A DNA stretch of 64,000 bases, from contig NC_134034.1 in assembly GCF_964204645.1 (NCBI RefSeq), positions 1,612,072 to 1,676,071 on the forward strand, read 5' to 3'. Both the position numbers and the translations under genes were made by a program. This document shows, piece after piece, positions 60,979 to 64,000 of the stretch (its first letter is position 1; the number at the start of each line of letters is the position of its first letter). Below the pieces are notes generated by a model. That model had not been told where the DNA came from and ran no database searches. It saw only the letters and a list, made by a program, of their open reading frames with translations. Source of the DNA: Tubulanus polymorphus (Eukaryota; Animalia; Nemertea).

Positions 60979-63900
60979 ATGTTGAGCCTGAGACGTCGTG
61001 GATTATTCTTCAAATTTAGCGCGCTCATTTTCACGGCTTTGCTTTTCTACCTCTACTACAACCGAATGGACTCGTCCAGCCTCGTCGACGAAAGAGAGGC
61101 TCCCGTCGTCGTCACTTCCGCCGTGCGAGCTCTCTCACCGGAACCGGAAGCGGTAACGATCGTTCCCAAAAATGTCGTCGTCGAACCGAAACGATCGAAT
61201 TTGTTTTACATCGAAGCGAATAAACCGCGAAACGAGAGCTCCCCAGGTAGGCCTGCTTACACTCAGGGGGTGAAGGTCGTTCCATCTCTGAACACTCAGG
61301 GGTGAAGGTCGTTCTATCTATATACTCAAGGGTGAAGGTTATTTTGTCTACACTCAGGAGTGAAGGTCGTTCCACCTAAACACTCAAGGGTAAAGGTCAC
61401 CTAAACACTCAAGGGTAAAGGTCGTTCTATCCGTATACTCGAGGTCGTCTGGTCTATATACAGTCTGCAGTGAAGGTTGTTACGTCTACACACTCAGGGT
61501 CAAGGTCATTTTGTAAGGTTACACTCGGTCGGGGTGAAGGTCGTTGAAGTTTTGTCGTCCGAACGATTTTCAGATCAGCACATTGTGCCTGATTTCAGTA
61601 CAATCATCTAACATCGTTGACCTCGTTAGTTTTTCGACACAAGTTTCTATTCTAGTTGATTCGATGGGAATTATTTTGATTGACAGGTGAAATGGCTCGT
61701 CCTGTTCTGATAGAGAAATCCAAGTTGAATACATCGGAACGGGAGAAGTATGATAAAGGCTGGAAACAACACGATTTCAATCAGTACGCCAGCGATCTAG
61801 TCTCCGTACGTCGCAGTTTACCCGATTTCAGACAACCGGAGTAAGTACTTTCTACTATACCTCCTCGATCGATCCCCATATGACGTCATCAAATAATAAC
61901 ACCTTCCAGAAAATATGGCTACCACGTTGAATCCTCACCATTACCAAATAATTGTCTTCTGACTATTTGACCTACAGACATTCAGTAAGATGTCTTTATT
62001 AATCCCCCTAATGAGATCATCAAAGGAGATGACTCCCCCGATAAATTCCCCCTATGACGTCATCATCGAATCCTCGATTTTCCTACAGATGTAAAGATTT
62101 GAAATACAAAGAGATTTTACCGGAAGCGAGTGTCATCGTATGTTTCCACAACGAGGCTTGGTCGGTACTTTTGCGCACGGTACATAGCGTAATCGATAGG
62201 TCCCCGGATGTTCTGCTTAAAGAAGTTCTTCTTATCGACGATTATTCAGATTTAGGTAAGTTCTCTCAGTCGTCGATAGATGGCAGCCATGTAGCGTCGC
62301 TTGCTTAACGATTTAACGTATTTGGGTAATTTCTAGATCATTTGAAAGCGCCATTGGACGATTATATGGCTAATTTGCATAAAGTGAGGATCGTGCGGGC
62401 AAAACGGCGAGAAGGTTTGATCAGGGCTCGTCTGCTAGGCGCGTCAGAGGCAAAGGGTACCGTCCTGGTATATTTAGATTCTCACTGCGAGTGTTCTCGA
62501 GGTAAGGCAGGAACTTTCTTTTAACCCTTTGTATTAGCGTCGCAAAGTTTGGAATATTTGTGTGTGGGCGTGGAACACCGAGAGCTTATAGACCTTCGCT
62601 TCACAGTACGCTTGGAAGTCCAAGGATAACGTTTTTTTTTTAAATTTTGATTCAATCGATAGGTTGGTTGGAGCCACTTCTGGACCGAATCGCGGACAAC
62701 AAAACGCACGTTGTCACCCCGGTTATCGATCAGATTTCCAGCGAAGATCTACACTATATGGCGGCCTCGGTGAAAGCGGTCGGAGGCTTCCATTTGACGA
62801 AACTATCGTTCGATTGGACGTCAATACAGTCGAACGAACGCGTCCGACTTCAGAATCTTCCATCGACAACACCAATCAGGTATGAATTGCGAAACGTTTC
62901 CTTAAACAAATTAATGTCGCCTAATGATAGATTTATTTATAACACCATCCATGGGATCAATGGCCGGGTACTCAAAGATTGGAAAGAGTTAACTGGTGGA
63001 TAACAGTACGGTTGCTTAAATTGCCAAATTCAATTGTTACAAGGGCATGACTCCTGTTGTACCTCAGGAGAATAAATCTATATCTTATAGTTATAGTATC
63101 CTATCTTATGACTAAGATTCTCAAATCCCAGTATATTGGGTTGAGGTATTTGATGACTCACGAGTCCTCGGTAGTATAGTGGTGAGTATCCGCGCCTGTC
63201 ACGTGCGAGACCCGGGTACGATTCCCGGCCGGGGAGATTACTTTTTATAGCAGGTACGTGTACAGTTAGTTATATATCGATTGTTTTCTTTTTCAGATCG
63301 CCGACCATGGCTGGTGGACTGTTCGCCATCAGCAGAGAATATTTCCAATATTTAGGTACATATGACCCCGGAATGGATATCTGGGGCGGGGAAAACTTAG
63401 AAATATCCTTTAAAGTAAGTGACACTTTCTAGTTTATCTTCTGAAATCATATACTCTTTTTAATTTCAACACGTTTGACCCTTCAGTTCAAATGTAAACC
63501 TCTGATTTTTGTAAGGTATTGTAAATTCAGCCCATCTAATGGAAATCCATCTTGTAATTTTAACAGTTCTGCACACGTGAACTTCTTCAATGTTGAATTA
63601 ATTTCTACCCTTTGAATGTGAATCTAATCTTGTGATTTTAGCTTTCGAACGTGAATCCCTATGATCTATGATTGGTTGATTATATTTTGCCACTTCTAAC
63701 CCTTTGAATTCGAATCCATATATTTCGCTCATGATGACTTGTAATTTAAACTTTTGAATGCTAATCCCTGTAAACATATAATTTAATCTATAAGATCTTG
63801 CTATCTGCGTATGTATATATGTTCCAGATCTGGATGTGTGGAGGCAGTCTAGAGATCGTGCCTTGCTCGCGAGTCGGGCACATCTTCCGAAAACGCATCC

Positions 63901-64000
63901 CGTATTCGTGGGGTAAGGGCGGCAGCGTCGTACAACGAAACACTGTCCGTCTGGCCGAAGTCTGGATGGACGACTATAAGAAATTCTACTACGAAAGAAT
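60979..64000 (+). CDS. GALNT: Polypeptide N-acetylgalactosaminyltransferase (GT27; GALNT1/13- or pgant5/9-like), 3'-truncated by window
   Basis: Exons 60979-61246, 61687-61840, 62089-62255, 62337-62501, 62663-62879, 63297-63414, 63828-end. Type II TM; FNQYASD..S.RRSLPD; [20 protein letters not shown]; REGLIRARL; DSH; GWLEPLL; [10 protein letters not shown]; [17 protein letters not shown]; CSRVGHIFR. Confidence 0.96.
61258..61545. repeat. Degenerate ~30-bp tandem repeat in GALNT intron 1
   Basis: acactca(g/a)gggtgaaggtcgttc units. Confidence 0.8.
63165..63236 (+). tRNA. tRNA-Asp (GUC) with T-loop/B-box mutation (GTACGA), in GALNT intron; possibly non-functional
   Basis: Identical to the other copies except U55>A; T-run downstream. 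Confidence 0.8.

Overview
AT-rich genomic DNA from a bilaterian invertebrate (spliceosomal GT-AG introns; the gene repertoire suggests a marine lophotrochozoan or deuterostome, species not determinable). Manual splicing gives these genes in order: an orphan intronless beta-propeller-like ORF; a 9-exon secreted astacin-MAM metalloprotease (-); a 3-exon GPI-type Ly6/uPAR three-finger protein that the ORF track misses; a 2-exon membrane-anchored HxxxDG acyltransferase (condensation/alcohol-acetyltransferase fold); an intronless peptide/chemosensory-type GPCR; a ~1924-aa CUB/C-type lectin/LDLa/LRR/7TM GRL101-like receptor; a tandem Toll-like receptor array (3 intact 2-exon genes plus 2 relics) with an intact piggyBac transposase ORF inside it; a 4-exon PY-motif single-pass membrane protein (-); and a polypeptide GalNAc-transferase running off the 3' end. 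There are also four dispersed tRNA-Asp(GUC) genes plus a collapsed relic, several satellites, MITEs, a tRNA-derived SINE and a degenerate Penelope-type hammerhead. The most interesting region is the TLR locus. The TIR domains are nearly identical between paralogs, while divergence is concentrated at the solvent-exposed LxxLxLxxN positions. One copy is a mosaic, an isolated two-LRR relic carries a third variant, and all copies have an unusual basic pro-segment and a non-canonical TIR. All gene models are by-eye and unverified by transcripts or database searches.
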